A stretch of 64,000 bases of DNA from Planctomycetota bacterium (GCA_044222185.1 JBGANV010000002.1:256001-320000); one strand, 5' to 3'. Shown: positions 27,552-37,369, counted from the stretch's first letter. Program-made: numbers and translations. Notes: generated from the sequence alone by a model not told the origin.

Positions 27552-30359
27552 ATGAGACTTCCCGTCGCCGCGAGTTCGTTGCTCATCCTGATGCCCGCCA
27601 TCCTCGCCGCGCAGGACTCGCGCTCATCGATTCCGCAAGCGTCGCGCGCTCCCACGGACTTGGCACGCGCGTTCGACCGCTACACCAACCACGTCCGCAC
27701 CCGGTGGGATGACAGTCTCTTCTTCGTCGAGTCCGACGGCATTCCCGACCACCAGATGATGGTGGGCATCACGGCGTGGCAGCAGCAGGTCCCATTGCCC
27801 CAGGTCTACACGGGTCAGAACGCGTGGCAGTTCCCCCTTCGACCGGCGGTCGCCGCGAACCCGACCTCGGCGCGCACGCACTTCTTCCGCGGAGCCATCG
27901 CCATCGCCGTGAACGGGGTACCGATCTTCAACCCCATCAAGAACGACGGGACGACGGACACGTTTCTCGCTGGCGAGCTCGACCTCTTCGGCGGCCACTC
28001 CGGTCGCGCAGACGACTACCACTACCACCTGGCGCCCGCGTTCCTGAACGCGGAGGACCCGGCCAAGCCCGTGGCCTACGCGCTCGACGGCTACCCCATC
28101 TTCGGGTTCAAGGAGCCGGACGGCTCGCCCACTCGCGCACTCGATCCCTTCAATGGCCACGATGACCCGAAGCTCGGGTACCACTATCACGCGACGAAAT
28201 CGTACCCCTACCTGAACGGCGGCTTCCACGGCGAGGTCACCGAGCGCGAGGGCCAGGTCGATCCGCAGCCCCATGCGCATCCGATCCGCCCGGCGACGAC
28301 TCCGCTGCGTGGCGCTCGCATCACGGACTTCAGGACCCTGGCCAGTGGCAAGTCCTTCGAGCTCACCTACGAGCAGGCCGGCAAGACGGGATCCGTGCAC
28401 TACACGATCGTCGGCGACGGGACACACCGGTTCACCTTCACGAACACGGACGGCACGACACACGAGGAAACCTACGCCGCCGGTCCCGTGCGCGCAGCCA
28501 CGCCCGCGCCCGCGTCCCGCCCCACCGACCGCCCCAAGCCGCCACGCGGCGGACCGGACCCTGCCGATCCGAATCGCAAGCCGTGGATCGTCGACCACGT
28601 GGCAGAGATGGACCAGAACCACGACGGAGTCCTCACACGGGCCGAGATGACGACCGAGATCCGAACGACGTTCACCGGCTACGACCGCGACGCGGACGGC
28701 AAGGTCACGGCCGCCGAGCGCGACACCCGCGACGGCGTCCGATCGGCCATGGGCGGGTTCGTGCGTGCGCACTGGGCCGAAGTCGACGCAGACCACGACG
28801 GCTCGGTCACCGCGGACGAACTCGAGCGGAGTGGCCTGTCCATGTTCGACAAGGCGGATCGGGATGGGAACGCATCCCTCTCCGCCGCTGAGCTCACTCA
28901 GCAGGCCCCGGCGCCGCCACAGGACGCGGGCCCCGCCAGCCGTCCCGCGCGCGGCGGCGGTCAGCGGCGCGGTGAGGGCCGAGGCGCCGAATCACGCCGG
29001 ACGACGCGCGCGCGCCCACCGGATGGATTCCGCCTCGACGTTCCGAACCGTCCCTTCGATCTGATCCTGACGCGCCCGACGAAGACTTCGATCACCGCCA
29101 GTCTCTACACCGCCGAGGACCTCGAAGGGTTCATCGAGTTCGGGCCCGAAGGAATTCGCGAGCGCAAGAAGTCACCCGTCCGGACGTTCTCCGCGGGCAA
29201 GCCCGCAGAGATCCTCATGGACGGCCTGAACGCCGACACGGCCTGCACGTATCGCTTCTTCCATCGCGCCGCCGGCACCAACGCCACGGACTTCGAGGGC
29301 AGCGAACCCAAGACGTTCCACACGCAGCGAGCGCGCGGCCAGTCCTTCGAATTCACCGTCCAGGCGGATTCGCACCTGGATCCCGGCACCGATCTCGCCG
29401 TGTACACCCGCACGCTCCAAAACGTCGTGATGGATCATCCGGACTTTCACGTCGACCTCGGCGACACGTTCATGACGGACAAACGCCGCGGCAACTTCCG
29501 TACGGCCCTGCTCCAATACCAGGCGCAGCGGTGGTACTTCGGGATCGTCGGTGTGGCTTCGCCGGTCTTCCTCACGGTCGGCAACCACGACGGCGAGATC
29601 GGCTGGCGCGATCAGGGCGATGCCAACGACATGCCTCACTGGTCGAATGCGCAGCGCAAGCTGTACTTCCCCGGGCCCGAACCCGGTGGGATCTACACCG
29701 GCAACACCACGCCGGATGCCGTGAACGGCCTGCTCCAGAACTACTACGCGTTCGAATGGGGCGATGCGCTCTTCGTCGTGCTCGACCCGTTCTGGGCGAC
29801 GCGCGATCACCGAGGCAAGGCCGATGACCGGTGGTCGTGGACACTCGGCGAAGCGCAGTATCGCTGGCTCACGAAAACCGTCACCGAGAGCCGAGCGAAG
29901 TTCAAATTCGTGTTCATCCACCACCTGGTCGGCGGGGCCGACGCCGAAGCCCGCGGCGGTTCGGAGGCGTCCGTGTTCGGCGAATGGGGCGGACGTGACG
30001 CTGACGGCACGCTCGCGTTCCCACAGCGCCGGCGTGGATGGGACGCGCCGATTCACGACCTGCTGCGCCGCGCCGGCGTGCAGGTCGTGTTCCACGGGCA
30101 CGACCACTTCTTCGCGGAGCAGGATCGGGACGGCATCGTCTATCAACTCGTGCCGCAGCCCGGACACCTGGGCAACGATGCCGAGAAGATGGCCGCCGAA
30201 TATGGCTATGCGTCAGGCACGATCCTCCCCCCGCCCGGGTACATGCGCGTGCGCGTCGCGCCCGAGGCGTCGGTGGTCGAGTTCGTACGCTCATCGGTGC
30301 GTGATGCCCGGTCGAACGGCCGCGTGGTTCATTCCTACACCCTGACGGCGCCGAAGTGA
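27552..30359 (+). CDS. Secreted YHYH domain + EF-hand + purple-acid-phosphatase-like metallophosphoesterase fusion
   Basis: Signal peptide; 'DDYHYH' and 'GYHYH'; four DxDxDG loops (DQNHDG, DRDADG, DADHDG, DRDGNA); phosphoesterase motifs DSH, GD, GNHD, HH and GHDH. Confidence 0.85.
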   Translation: MRLPVAASSLLILMPAILAAQDSRSSIPQASRAPTDLARAFDRYTNHVRTRWDDSLFFVESDGIPDHQMMVGITAWQQQVPLPQVYTGQNAWQFPLRPAVAANPTSARTHFFRGAIAIAVNGVPIFNPIKNDGTTDTFLAGELDLFGGHSGRADDYHYHLAPAFLNAEDPAKPVAYALDGYPIFGFKEPDGSPTRALDPFNGHDDPKLGYHYHATKSYPYLNGGFHGEVTEREGQVDPQPHAHPIRPATTPLRGARITDFRTLASGKSFELTYEQAGKTGSVHYTIVGDGTHRFTFTNTDGTTHEETYAAGPVRAATPAPASRPTDRPKPPRGGPDPADPNRKPWIVDHVAEMDQNHDGVLTRAEMTTEIRTTFTGYDRDADGKVTAAERDTRDGVRSAMGGFVRAHWAEVDADHDGSVTADELERSGLSMFDKADRDGNASLSAAELTQQAPAPPQDAGPASRPARGGGQRRGEGRGAESRRTTRARPPDGFRLDVPNRPFDLILTRPTKTSITASLYTAEDLEGFIEFGPEGIRERKKSPVRTFSAGKPAEILMDGLNADTACTYRFFHRAAGTNATDFEGSEPKTFHTQRARGQSFEFTVQADSHLDPGTDLAVYTRTLQNVVMDHPDFHVDLGDTFMTDKRRGNFRTALLQYQAQRWYFGIVGVASPVFLTVGNHDGEIGWRDQGDANDMPHWSNAQRKLYFPGPEPGGIYTGNTTPDAVNGLLQNYYAFEWGDALFVVLDPFWATRDHRGKADDRWSWTLGEAQYRWLTKTVTESRAKFKFVFIHHLVGGADAEARGGSEASVFGEWGGRDADGTLAFPQRRRGWDAPIHDLLRRAGVQVVFHGHDHFFAEQDRDGIVYQLVPQPGHLGNDAEKMAAEYGYASGTILPPPGYMRVRVAPEASVVEFVRSSVRDARSNGRVVHSYTLTAPK

Positions 30360-30408
30360 TGGCCAAGGGCGACGCGTCGGGCTGGAGCGCTCACAGGAGC
30401 TTTTTCGC

Positions 30409-31854
30409 ATGATCCTTCTTCGGTGGAGCCTCGCGGCGCTCGCAGCGGCGTTCACGCTTCTGCGCACCGTTCCGCCCGAGGACACGATCAACCAGATCCT
30501 GGGCCGTCCCACGGATCGATCCATCACGCTGAGCGTCCTGTCGTCCGCCGAGATCGAGGCCTACGTCGAGTTCGGCAAGACGCGGCAGACCTGGGATGGC
30601 AAGACCGCCACTACGATCGTGAAGGCCAACGCTCCCACTGAGATCGAGTTGAAGGGGCTTCAACCGAACACCCGCTACGTGTACCGCCTGATGTCGCGAC
30701 ATCCGGGCGAGCCCGGATATCGCGCCGGGACGGAAGGCACGTTCCACACGCAGCGGGCGCCGGGCAGCACCTACACGTTCGCCCTGCAGGGCGATTCCCA
30801 CCCGGAACGTTCGGGAAAGATGTACGGCGCCGACCTCTACCGCGTGACGATGCAGAACGTGGCGAAGGACCCACCCGACTTCTACATCACCCTCGGCGAT
30901 GATTTCAGCATCGAGCGTCTCATCAGCCGCAAGACGATCGATCAAACCGGCGTAGATCGCGTCTACGCGCATCAGCGGCCGTTTCTCTCCATGGTCGGTT
31001 CGTCGTCGTCGCTCTTCCTCGTGAATGGCAATCACGAACAGGCGGCCCGCTATCTCCTGGATGGCACGCCGAACAATCCGGCGGTGATGGCCGGCCGGGC
31101 GCGCACCAGGTATTTCCCGCTCCCCGCGCCCGATGGGTTCTACACGGGCGACGAGGAGATGGTCGACCACATCGGCCTCCTGCGTGATTACTACGCGTGG
31201 AGTTGGGGCGATGCGCTGTTCGTGGTGATCGATCCTTACTGGCACTCGTCCGTCGCCGTCGACAACGAGGCCGGAGCCGAGCATCAGGACAAGGACGCGA
31301 AGTCGAAAGGGCGGCGCGACCAATGGGACATCACGCTGGGTGATGCTCAATACAAATGGCTGACGAAGACGCTGACGGAGAGCCGCGCGCGTTTCAAATT
31401 CGTGTTCTCACATCACGTGCTCGGCACGGGCCGCGGTGGCGTGGAATGCGCGACGGGCTTCGAGTGGGGCGGTCTCGATCGGCGTGGAGTCTCCGCGTTC
31501 GCGCAGAAGCGGCCCGGATGGGAACTTCCCATCCACCAGCTCATGGTGAAGACCGGCGTGACGATCTTCTTCCAGGGGCACGATCACATCTATGCGCGTC
31601 AGGAGTTGGATGGCGTCGTGTATCAGTCGACGCCCAATCCGGCCGACTCCACGTATACGGCGTTCAATCGGCAGGCCTATCGCTCCGGTGACGTACTGCC
31701 CAACTCCGGGCACCTGCGAGTCACCGTGGCGCCCGAATCCGTGCGCGTGGATTACGTTCGCTCGTTCCTGCCGAAGGACGAGACGGAGAAGGTGCGAAAC
31801 GGCGAGGTGGCTCACAGCTACACCGTGAAGGCGCGGTTTCCTGTTGGGAAATGA
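30409..31854 (+). CDS. Secreted metallophosphoesterase (FN3 + calcineurin-like), paralogue of the upstream C-terminal domain
   Basis: 'GDSH', 'LGDD', 'GNHE', 'DYYAWSWGDALFVVIDPYW', 'SHH' and 'GHDH'. Confidence 0.88.
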   Translation: MILLRWSLAALAAAFTLLRTVPPEDTINQILGRPTDRSITLSVLSSAEIEAYVEFGKTRQTWDGKTATTIVKANAPTEIELKGLQPNTRYVYRLMSRHPGEPGYRAGTEGTFHTQRAPGSTYTFALQGDSHPERSGKMYGADLYRVTMQNVAKDPPDFYITLGDDFSIERLISRKTIDQTGVDRVYAHQRPFLSMVGSSSSLFLVNGNHEQAARYLLDGTPNNPAVMAGRARTRYFPLPAPDGFYTGDEEMVDHIGLLRDYYAWSWGDALFVVIDPYWHSSVAVDNEAGAEHQDKDAKSKGRRDQWDITLGDAQYKWLTKTLTESRARFKFVFSHHVLGTGRGGVECATGFEWGGLDRRGVSAFAQKRPGWELPIHQLMVKTGVTIFFQGHDHIYARQELDGVVYQSTPNPADSTYTAFNRQAYRSGDVLPNSGHLRVTVAPESVRVDYVRSFLPKDETEKVRNGEVAHSYTVKARFPVGK

Positions 31855-31915
31855 CTGCTGGACCGGATCCGCTCTGGGCGCGCGGCGGCGATGTCAGACG
31901 CGATCATTGCTCGGT

Positions 31916-32325
31916 GCGGGTTCCCGGCAGGGCTGGAGCCCTGCCATCCAGCCGCGTGAAACGCGGCGTTCCGGAACGCCACGCTCCGCGTGGCCGGTTG
32001 GCGAGACCTCCGGGCTCGCCGGGGAATCACCCGCGAGGTCTCAATCGCGGCAAGGTGGGCCGGACGACGCGCCCGCTCTGGCATCGCACGCGGCGGGTTC
32101 CCGGCAGGGCTGGAGCCCTGCCGTCCAGCCGCGTGAAACGCGGCGCTCCGGAACGCCACGATCCGCGTGGCCGGTTGGCGAGACCTCCGGGCTCGCCGGG
32201 GAATCACCCACGAGGTCTCAATCGCGGCGAGGTGGGCCGGACGACGCGCCCGCGCTGGCATCGCACGCGGCGGGTTCCCGGCAGGGCCGGAGCCCTGCCG
32301 TCCAGCCGCGTGAAACGCGGCGCTC
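31916..32325. repeat. Second array of the 177-bp REPIN-like unit (about 2.3 copies)
   Basis: Unit starts at 31972 and 32149. Near-identical to the 26.2-27.4 kb array and in the same orientation. Confidence 0.92.
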
Positions 32326-33435
32326 CTATTTCTGCGGGCGCGTCGCGGGGGGTACGCGCGGCGGCGCGGTGCGGGACAACGCTTGGAGGAATGCAACGAG
32401 AGAGTCGACGTCGTCGTCCGTGAGATCGACCGGGCGGAGCAGCGGATCGAGTGCCGGATTCGCCCCGCCGCCGCGGGCATAGAACGTGACGACGTCGCGC
32501 AGCGTCGCGAGGCTGCCGTCGTGCATGTACGGCGGCGACAGGGCGACACCGCGAAGCGACGGCGTCTTGAACCGGCCCAGGTCGTCGGCCGACCGGGTGA
32601 TCGCGGCGCGGCCGGGCTCGGGCCGGCCGTCGATGACGCCCACGCCAGTGTTGTGGAAGCTCTCGTCGGTGAAGTTCGCGCCCGAGTGGCAACGCCAGCA
32701 ACCGCCCTTGCTCTCGTAGATCCACAGCCCGGTCCGTTCAGGGCGCGTGAGCGCTTCCACCTCACCGATGCGGAAGCGATCGATCGGGCTGTCGCCGATC
32801 AGCAACGTCCTAACGTGCGTCGCGAGCGCGTGAGCCACGCCAGCCCCATCGGGCGGCCCCCCGAACGCGGTCTCGAACGCCGCCACGTACTCCGGGTTCT
32901 CGCCGATTCTCCGGACGACCCCCGCCAGGCTGAATCCCATCTCGTCCTCGGCCGCGATCGGAGCGACGACCTGCTCCTCCAGCGTGCTCGCCCGGCCATC
33001 CCAGAAGTAACGGACACCGAATGCGCGATTGAATAGCGACGGCGCATTGCGATGCGTCGTGCGCCCGTTCACGCCGCGCGAATGCGGGCGCGAATCCGCG
33101 AACCCATGATCGGGCAAGTGACACGATCGACACGCGATGGAGCCGTCCACCGACAGGGCCGGGTCGTCGAAAAGCCTCCGGCCCAATTCGGCCTTCTCGA
33201 GCGACCAGGGATTGGTCGGTGGGAACTCCAATGCCGCCGCAAGTCCGAAAGGCGGGGCGGGTTCGCCCTTGGCTGTCGCGGGGCGCGAATCCTGCGCGGG
33301 CATTCCGCCGCAGATCGACATCACCGTCACATAGACGAGGATCCGCGAATTCGCGGAGCGCGGCGCTGACCGACTGACCGCACGGTGCTCGTCCGTCGAT
33401 GGCGTGGACGCCCGCGCATGGGTGGATACAGGCAT
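32326..33435 (-). CDS. Diheme cytochrome c peroxidase superfamily protein (MauG/BthA/MbnH-like); start uncertain
   Basis: CRSCH and CWRCH heme motifs, 'YFWDGRA', 'FKTPSLR' and 'PYMHDGS...VVTFY'. Confidence 0.9.
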   Translation of the reverse strand: MPVSTHARASTPSTDEHRAVSRSAPRSANSRILVYVTVMSICGGMPAQDSRPATAKGEPAPPFGLAAALEFPPTNPWSLEKAELGRRLFDDPALSVDGSIACRSCHLPDHGFADSRPHSRGVNGRTTHRNAPSLFNRAFGVRYFWDGRASTLEEQVVAPIAAEDEMGFSLAGVVRRIGENPEYVAAFETAFGGPPDGAGVAHALATHVRTLLIGDSPIDRFRIGEVEALTRPERTGLWIYESKGGCWRCHSGANFTDESFHNTGVGVIDGRPEPGRAAITRSADDLGRFKTPSLRGVALSPPYMHDGSLATLRDVVTFYARGGGANPALDPLLRPVDLTDDDVDSLVAFLQALSRTAPPRVPPATRPQK

Positions 33436-33537
33436 CGCCGGAGCCTATCACAACGCACTTGCGGCGTGTCCGGCGCATGCGCGCGGGCGTCGCCTGCGGG
33501 CCGCGCTCGAGAGCGCGGCCTGCCAGCCGCCGACGGA

Positions 33538-33834
33538 TCAGACCGACTTGGCGGTCTTGCGGGCGGCCTTCTTCGCCGGAGCCTTCTTCGCTTTGGGTTT
33601 GGCGGCGGGCTTGGCCGCGGCGGGCTTGGCGGGGGCGGCCATCACCGGAGCGGGAGCGGCCTTCGCAGCCTTCGCGGCCTTCTTGGCGCGCGTCTCGACC
33701 TCGGCCTTCGACGTCTTGGCGAGGTCCGCGCGGTGTGAGCGCTCGAACGTCTGGATGTCCTTGAACTGCCCTTCGGCGCTGCGAACGGCGTAGAGCTTCT
33801 TACCGGCTGAGCTGCGGTGGGTCGTGCGCTTCAT
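33538..33834 (-). CDS. Small basic protein with histone H1-like Lys/Ala/Pro tail
   Basis: 98 aa. Compact N-terminal domain 'GKKLYAVR...GQFKDIQT..RSH' followed by AAK/PAK repeats; GGGAG RBS upstream. Confidence 0.75.
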   Translation of the reverse strand: MKRTTHRSSAGKKLYAVRSAEGQFKDIQTFERSHRADLAKTSKAEVETRAKKAAKAAKAAPAPVMAAPAKPAAAKPAAKPKAKKAPAKKAARKTAKSV

Positions 33835-34046
33835 CTGCTTGAGTCTCCCCTGGAGTTCTCGATCACGATGGATCGGGAACGATCGCGTCGAACACGTATG
33901 CGCGTCGCAAACCAACGACGCGACGGCGCAGTCTACTTGCTGCGTGCATGCATGTCACCGGTGAAACGGCCGCGTTCATGCGCGGCATCGTCACGAATCA
34001 CGACGGGCACCAGTCGTGCTATGACTCGCGCACGAAAGGAACGCTC

Positions 34047-36758
34047 ATGGTTTCGACGACTCCAGCCCTCCGAATCGCACTCGCCAGCCTCGCGCTCACG
34101 ACGCTCGCGTCCGCCCAGAAACTGCCGTTCGAGAAGTACAAGCTCGACAACGGAATGACGGTGATCCTGCACGTGGATCACTCGCTGCCGAACGTCACGA
34201 TCAACACCTGGTATCGCGTCGGCGCCCGCAACGAACCGCCGGGACGGTCGGGCTTCGCCCACCTGTTCGAACACCTCATGTTCATGGGCACGCGGCGCGT
34301 GCCTGGCAACGCCTTCGACGTCGTGATGGAGACCGGCGGCGGCTGGAACAACGCGAGCACGAATCTCGATCGCACCAACTACTTCTCGTCGGGACCCTCG
34401 GACCTCCTGCCGACGCTGCTGTGGCTCGACGCCGATCGCCTCGATGAGATGGGGCGGACGATGACCAAGGAGAAGCTCGACAAGCAGGTCGACGTCGTCC
34501 GCAACGAGATCAGGGAAAACGTGGAAAACACGCCGTACGGACGGGCCTACGAGGGGTCTTTCAGCCTCCTGTTTCCCCAGGGCCATCCCTACCACAACGG
34601 GGTCTACGGGACGCACGCCGACCTGACCTCGGCCACCGTCCAGGACGTGAAGGACTTCTTCTCGACGTTCTACGTCCCGTCCAATGCGTCGCTGGTGATC
34701 GCCGGCGACTTCGACCCGGCGGAGATCAAGCCGCTGGTGGCGAAGATGTTCGGGACCCTGCCCGCAGGCGCAGCCCCCACGCCGCGTGCGGTCGCCGACC
34801 CCCAAGTCGAGGGCGTCGTCCGCTCGACCATGCTCGACCGGGTGGAAGTCCCACGGCTCGCCATGTCCTGGATCAGCCCGGGCGGATTCGCGCCGGGAGA
34901 CGCCGAGCTCATGCTCGCCGGGCAGGTGCTGACCGAGGGCCAGAACAGCCGGCTCTATCAACGCCTCGTGCTGCAGGAGCCGCTCGCCGTCTCCGTGTCT
35001 GCCGAGCAGGAGAACAGCCGGCTCAATTCCATCTTCCGGCTCTCCGTCGAGGTCAAACCCGACGCCGACATGGAACGGGTCGAGGCGATCGTCGACGAGG
35101 AGATCCGCAAGCTCCAGGAGTCGGGGCCGACCGAAGACGAGCTCCGCCAGCGGCAGGCGACAGCGGAGCACGAACTGCTCACGAGCCTTCAGAGCGTGGC
35201 GGCCCGGGCCGACAAGCTCAACGAATACGAGTTCTACCTGGGCACTCCGGACGGGCTCGAAAAGGACCTTTCGCGTTTCCGCGGCGCGACCGCGCAGGGC
35301 GTCGCCCAATGGACGAAGCGCGTCCTCGACCTGTCGCATCGCCTGATCATCCGCGTGCTGCCCGATGCCGTGGAGCCGGGGACGTCAGCCCGCGAGTCGC
35401 GCCCCGCCGCGGCCAGGCCTCGCCCGTTCGCTCCGCCGGCGCCGGAGACGTTCAAGCTCCAGTCGGGGATCACGGTCAACTTCTGGCCCATGCCCGACCT
35501 GCCCCTGGTGACGGCGCGGATGACGTTCCTGCCCGGTGGGCCGCTGGATTTGCCCAAGGAAGCGGGAGCCGCCGTCCTCATGGCAACCATGCTCACCGAG
35601 GGTGCCGGCGCGCGCGACTCGGGGGCGTTCTCCGCCGCGCTCCAGCAGCTCGGTGCGACGATGTCGGCGCATGCCGATCGCGAGGCCGTGACGGTGGGCC
35701 TGTCGTCTCTCGCCCGCAACTTCGACAAGGCAGCCGAGCTTTGGGCCGATGCGGTCCTGCGACCCCGATTCGCCGAGGACACGTGGAAGGTCGTTCATGC
35801 GAACCACGTCCAGGAGCTCGAGCAGGATCGTGAGGAACCCACGACCGTCGCGCTGAAGGTCGCCACGCGCGCGCTGTACGGCGACGAGAGCCGATGGGCC
35901 TGGCCAACGGCCGGGCTCGTCGCGACCGTCGGGCCGCTGACACTGGATCGCATCAAAGCGCGCCACGCCGAGCTGGTTCACCCGTCACTCGCCACGATCT
36001 TCATCTCAGGAAGCCTCACGACGGATGAGCTGAAGCCGATCCTCGAGAAGGCGTTCGGGGGCTGGACGTCGGCCGCAACGGCCGCCAGTCGTGTGACGGA
36101 CGATCCCAAGGTGCCGCCGACGCAGCGCATGCTTTTCGTCGACCGGCCGAATGCCGTTCAAACGGTCATCCGGTTTGCGTCGCGCGCCGTTCCGTTCGCC
36201 GACCCGGGGCGAGTTCCCATGCGGCTCTTGAACGTGGCTCTGGGCGGATCGTTCACGAGTCGCCTGAACCAGAACCTGCGCGAGCGAAACGGGTACACCT
36301 ACGGCGCTCGTTCGTCCTTCGAATTCAATCGCACGCTCGGTGCGTTCACCGCTGGCGCCGCCGTGCGCGCCGAGGCCACGGGCGCCGCGCTGAAGGAGTT
36401 CCTGGCCGAGTTCGCGAAGATCCGCGCCGGCGATCTGTCGGATGACGAGGTCACGAAGGCTCGCCGCATGATGAAGACGGAGTTCGTCCAAGGGCTGGAT
36501 TCCATGGAGGGCCGCCTCGGGTTCGCGTCCGAGCTGCTGAGAGTCGAGGCACCGTGGGCGACGATCTCGAAGGACGTGGAGACGTCCGAGTCCGTGACCG
36601 CCGCGCAGGTCAACAAGCTCGCGAAGGATGCGCTCGCCCTCGAGCGCGGCGTGCTCGTGCTCGTCGGCGACAAGAAGCTGATCCTCGAACAGACGAAGGA
36701 CCTCGGGCTCCCGGCGCCCGTCGAAGTGGATGCCGATGGTGCGCCCGTGAAGCCGTGA
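34047..36758 (+). CDS. M16 (pitrilysin/PqqL-like) zinc peptidase, secreted
   Basis: Inverted zincin 'HLFEH', 'NASTNLDRTNY' and 'SRLNQNLRERNGYTYG'; signal peptide and AAAGGA RBS. Confidence 0.93.
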   Translation: MVSTTPALRIALASLALTTLASAQKLPFEKYKLDNGMTVILHVDHSLPNVTINTWYRVGARNEPPGRSGFAHLFEHLMFMGTRRVPGNAFDVVMETGGGWNNASTNLDRTNYFSSGPSDLLPTLLWLDADRLDEMGRTMTKEKLDKQVDVVRNEIRENVENTPYGRAYEGSFSLLFPQGHPYHNGVYGTHADLTSATVQDVKDFFSTFYVPSNASLVIAGDFDPAEIKPLVAKMFGTLPAGAAPTPRAVADPQVEGVVRSTMLDRVEVPRLAMSWISPGGFAPGDAELMLAGQVLTEGQNSRLYQRLVLQEPLAVSVSAEQENSRLNSIFRLSVEVKPDADMERVEAIVDEEIRKLQESGPTEDELRQRQATAEHELLTSLQSVAARADKLNEYEFYLGTPDGLEKDLSRFRGATAQGVAQWTKRVLDLSHRLIIRVLPDAVEPGTSARESRPAAARPRPFAPPAPETFKLQSGITVNFWPMPDLPLVTARMTFLPGGPLDLPKEAGAAVLMATMLTEGAGARDSGAFSAALQQLGATMSAHADREAVTVGLSSLARNFDKAAELWADAVLRPRFAEDTWKVVHANHVQELEQDREEPTTVALKVATRALYGDESRWAWPTAGLVATVGPLTLDRIKARHAELVHPSLATIFISGSLTTDELKPILEKAFGGWTSAATAASRVTDDPKVPPTQRMLFVDRPNAVQTVIRFASRAVPFADPGRVPMRLLNVALGGSFTSRLNQNLRERNGYTYGARSSFEFNRTLGAFTAGAAVRAEATGAALKEFLAEFAKIRAGDLSDDEVTKARRMMKTEFVQGLDSMEGRLGFASELLRVEAPWATISKDVETSESVTAAQVNKLAKDALALERGVLVLVGDKKLILEQTKDLGLPAPVEVDADGAPVKP

Positions 36759-36957
36759 GTCCGGCGCACACCGCCTCGTGCGGCCACCGGAGCCTCTCGC
36801 CTTCAAGGGCCGGTCGGCCGCCGCGCGACGAGAGGCTCGAGCCGACCTGGAGCGAATTCGAGAGGGGTCGTGATCGGTCGTTGCCGATCCGGCTCGCGGA
36901 GTTCGAAGCGGCGTCGGTGTTCGCGCCGATCCCCACCGACTCTCCGCATCAATAGCG

Positions 36958-37369
36958 GGAACGCCAGGCTTCGCCTGGCCGGACGGCAGGGCTCGGCCCT
37001 GCCACGGAACGTGGATGTACTACGTTCGCTGCGGGGACACGGCAGCAGGCACGCGTCATCCGCCGTGCCGCTCGGCTGACCGCGGGGCGACCCTTCCAAC
37101 GTTCGCGGCGGGGCAGAGCCCCGCCGGTCCGGCCGCGCGGAGCGCGGCGCTCCTGGGCCGACCTTGCGCCGTTGGAACGCCAGGCTTCGCCTGGCCGGAC
37201 GGCAGGGCTCGGCCCTGCCACGGAACGTGGACGTGCTGCGTTCGCTGCGGGGACACGGCAGCAGGCACGCGTCATCGGCCGTGCCGCTCGGCTGACCGCG
37301 GGGCGACCCTCTCGACGTTCGCGGCGGGGCAGAGCCCCGCCGGTCCGGCCGCGCGCAGCGCGGCGCTCC
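36958..37369. repeat. Two tandem copies of a 196-bp REPIN-like element
   Basis: Copies at 36958-37153 and 37174-37369, each running GGAACGCC...GGCGCTCC with four hairpins. Confidence 0.88.

Noticed and set aside
25864-27712. Multiple 200-330 aa repetitive ORFs over the repeat array (also 31818-32765 and 36949-37551)
   Set aside because: The 177-bp unit is a multiple of 3 and GC-rich, so frames are open on both strands. Units with 176 bp break the frame, and conservation follows hairpins rather than codons.
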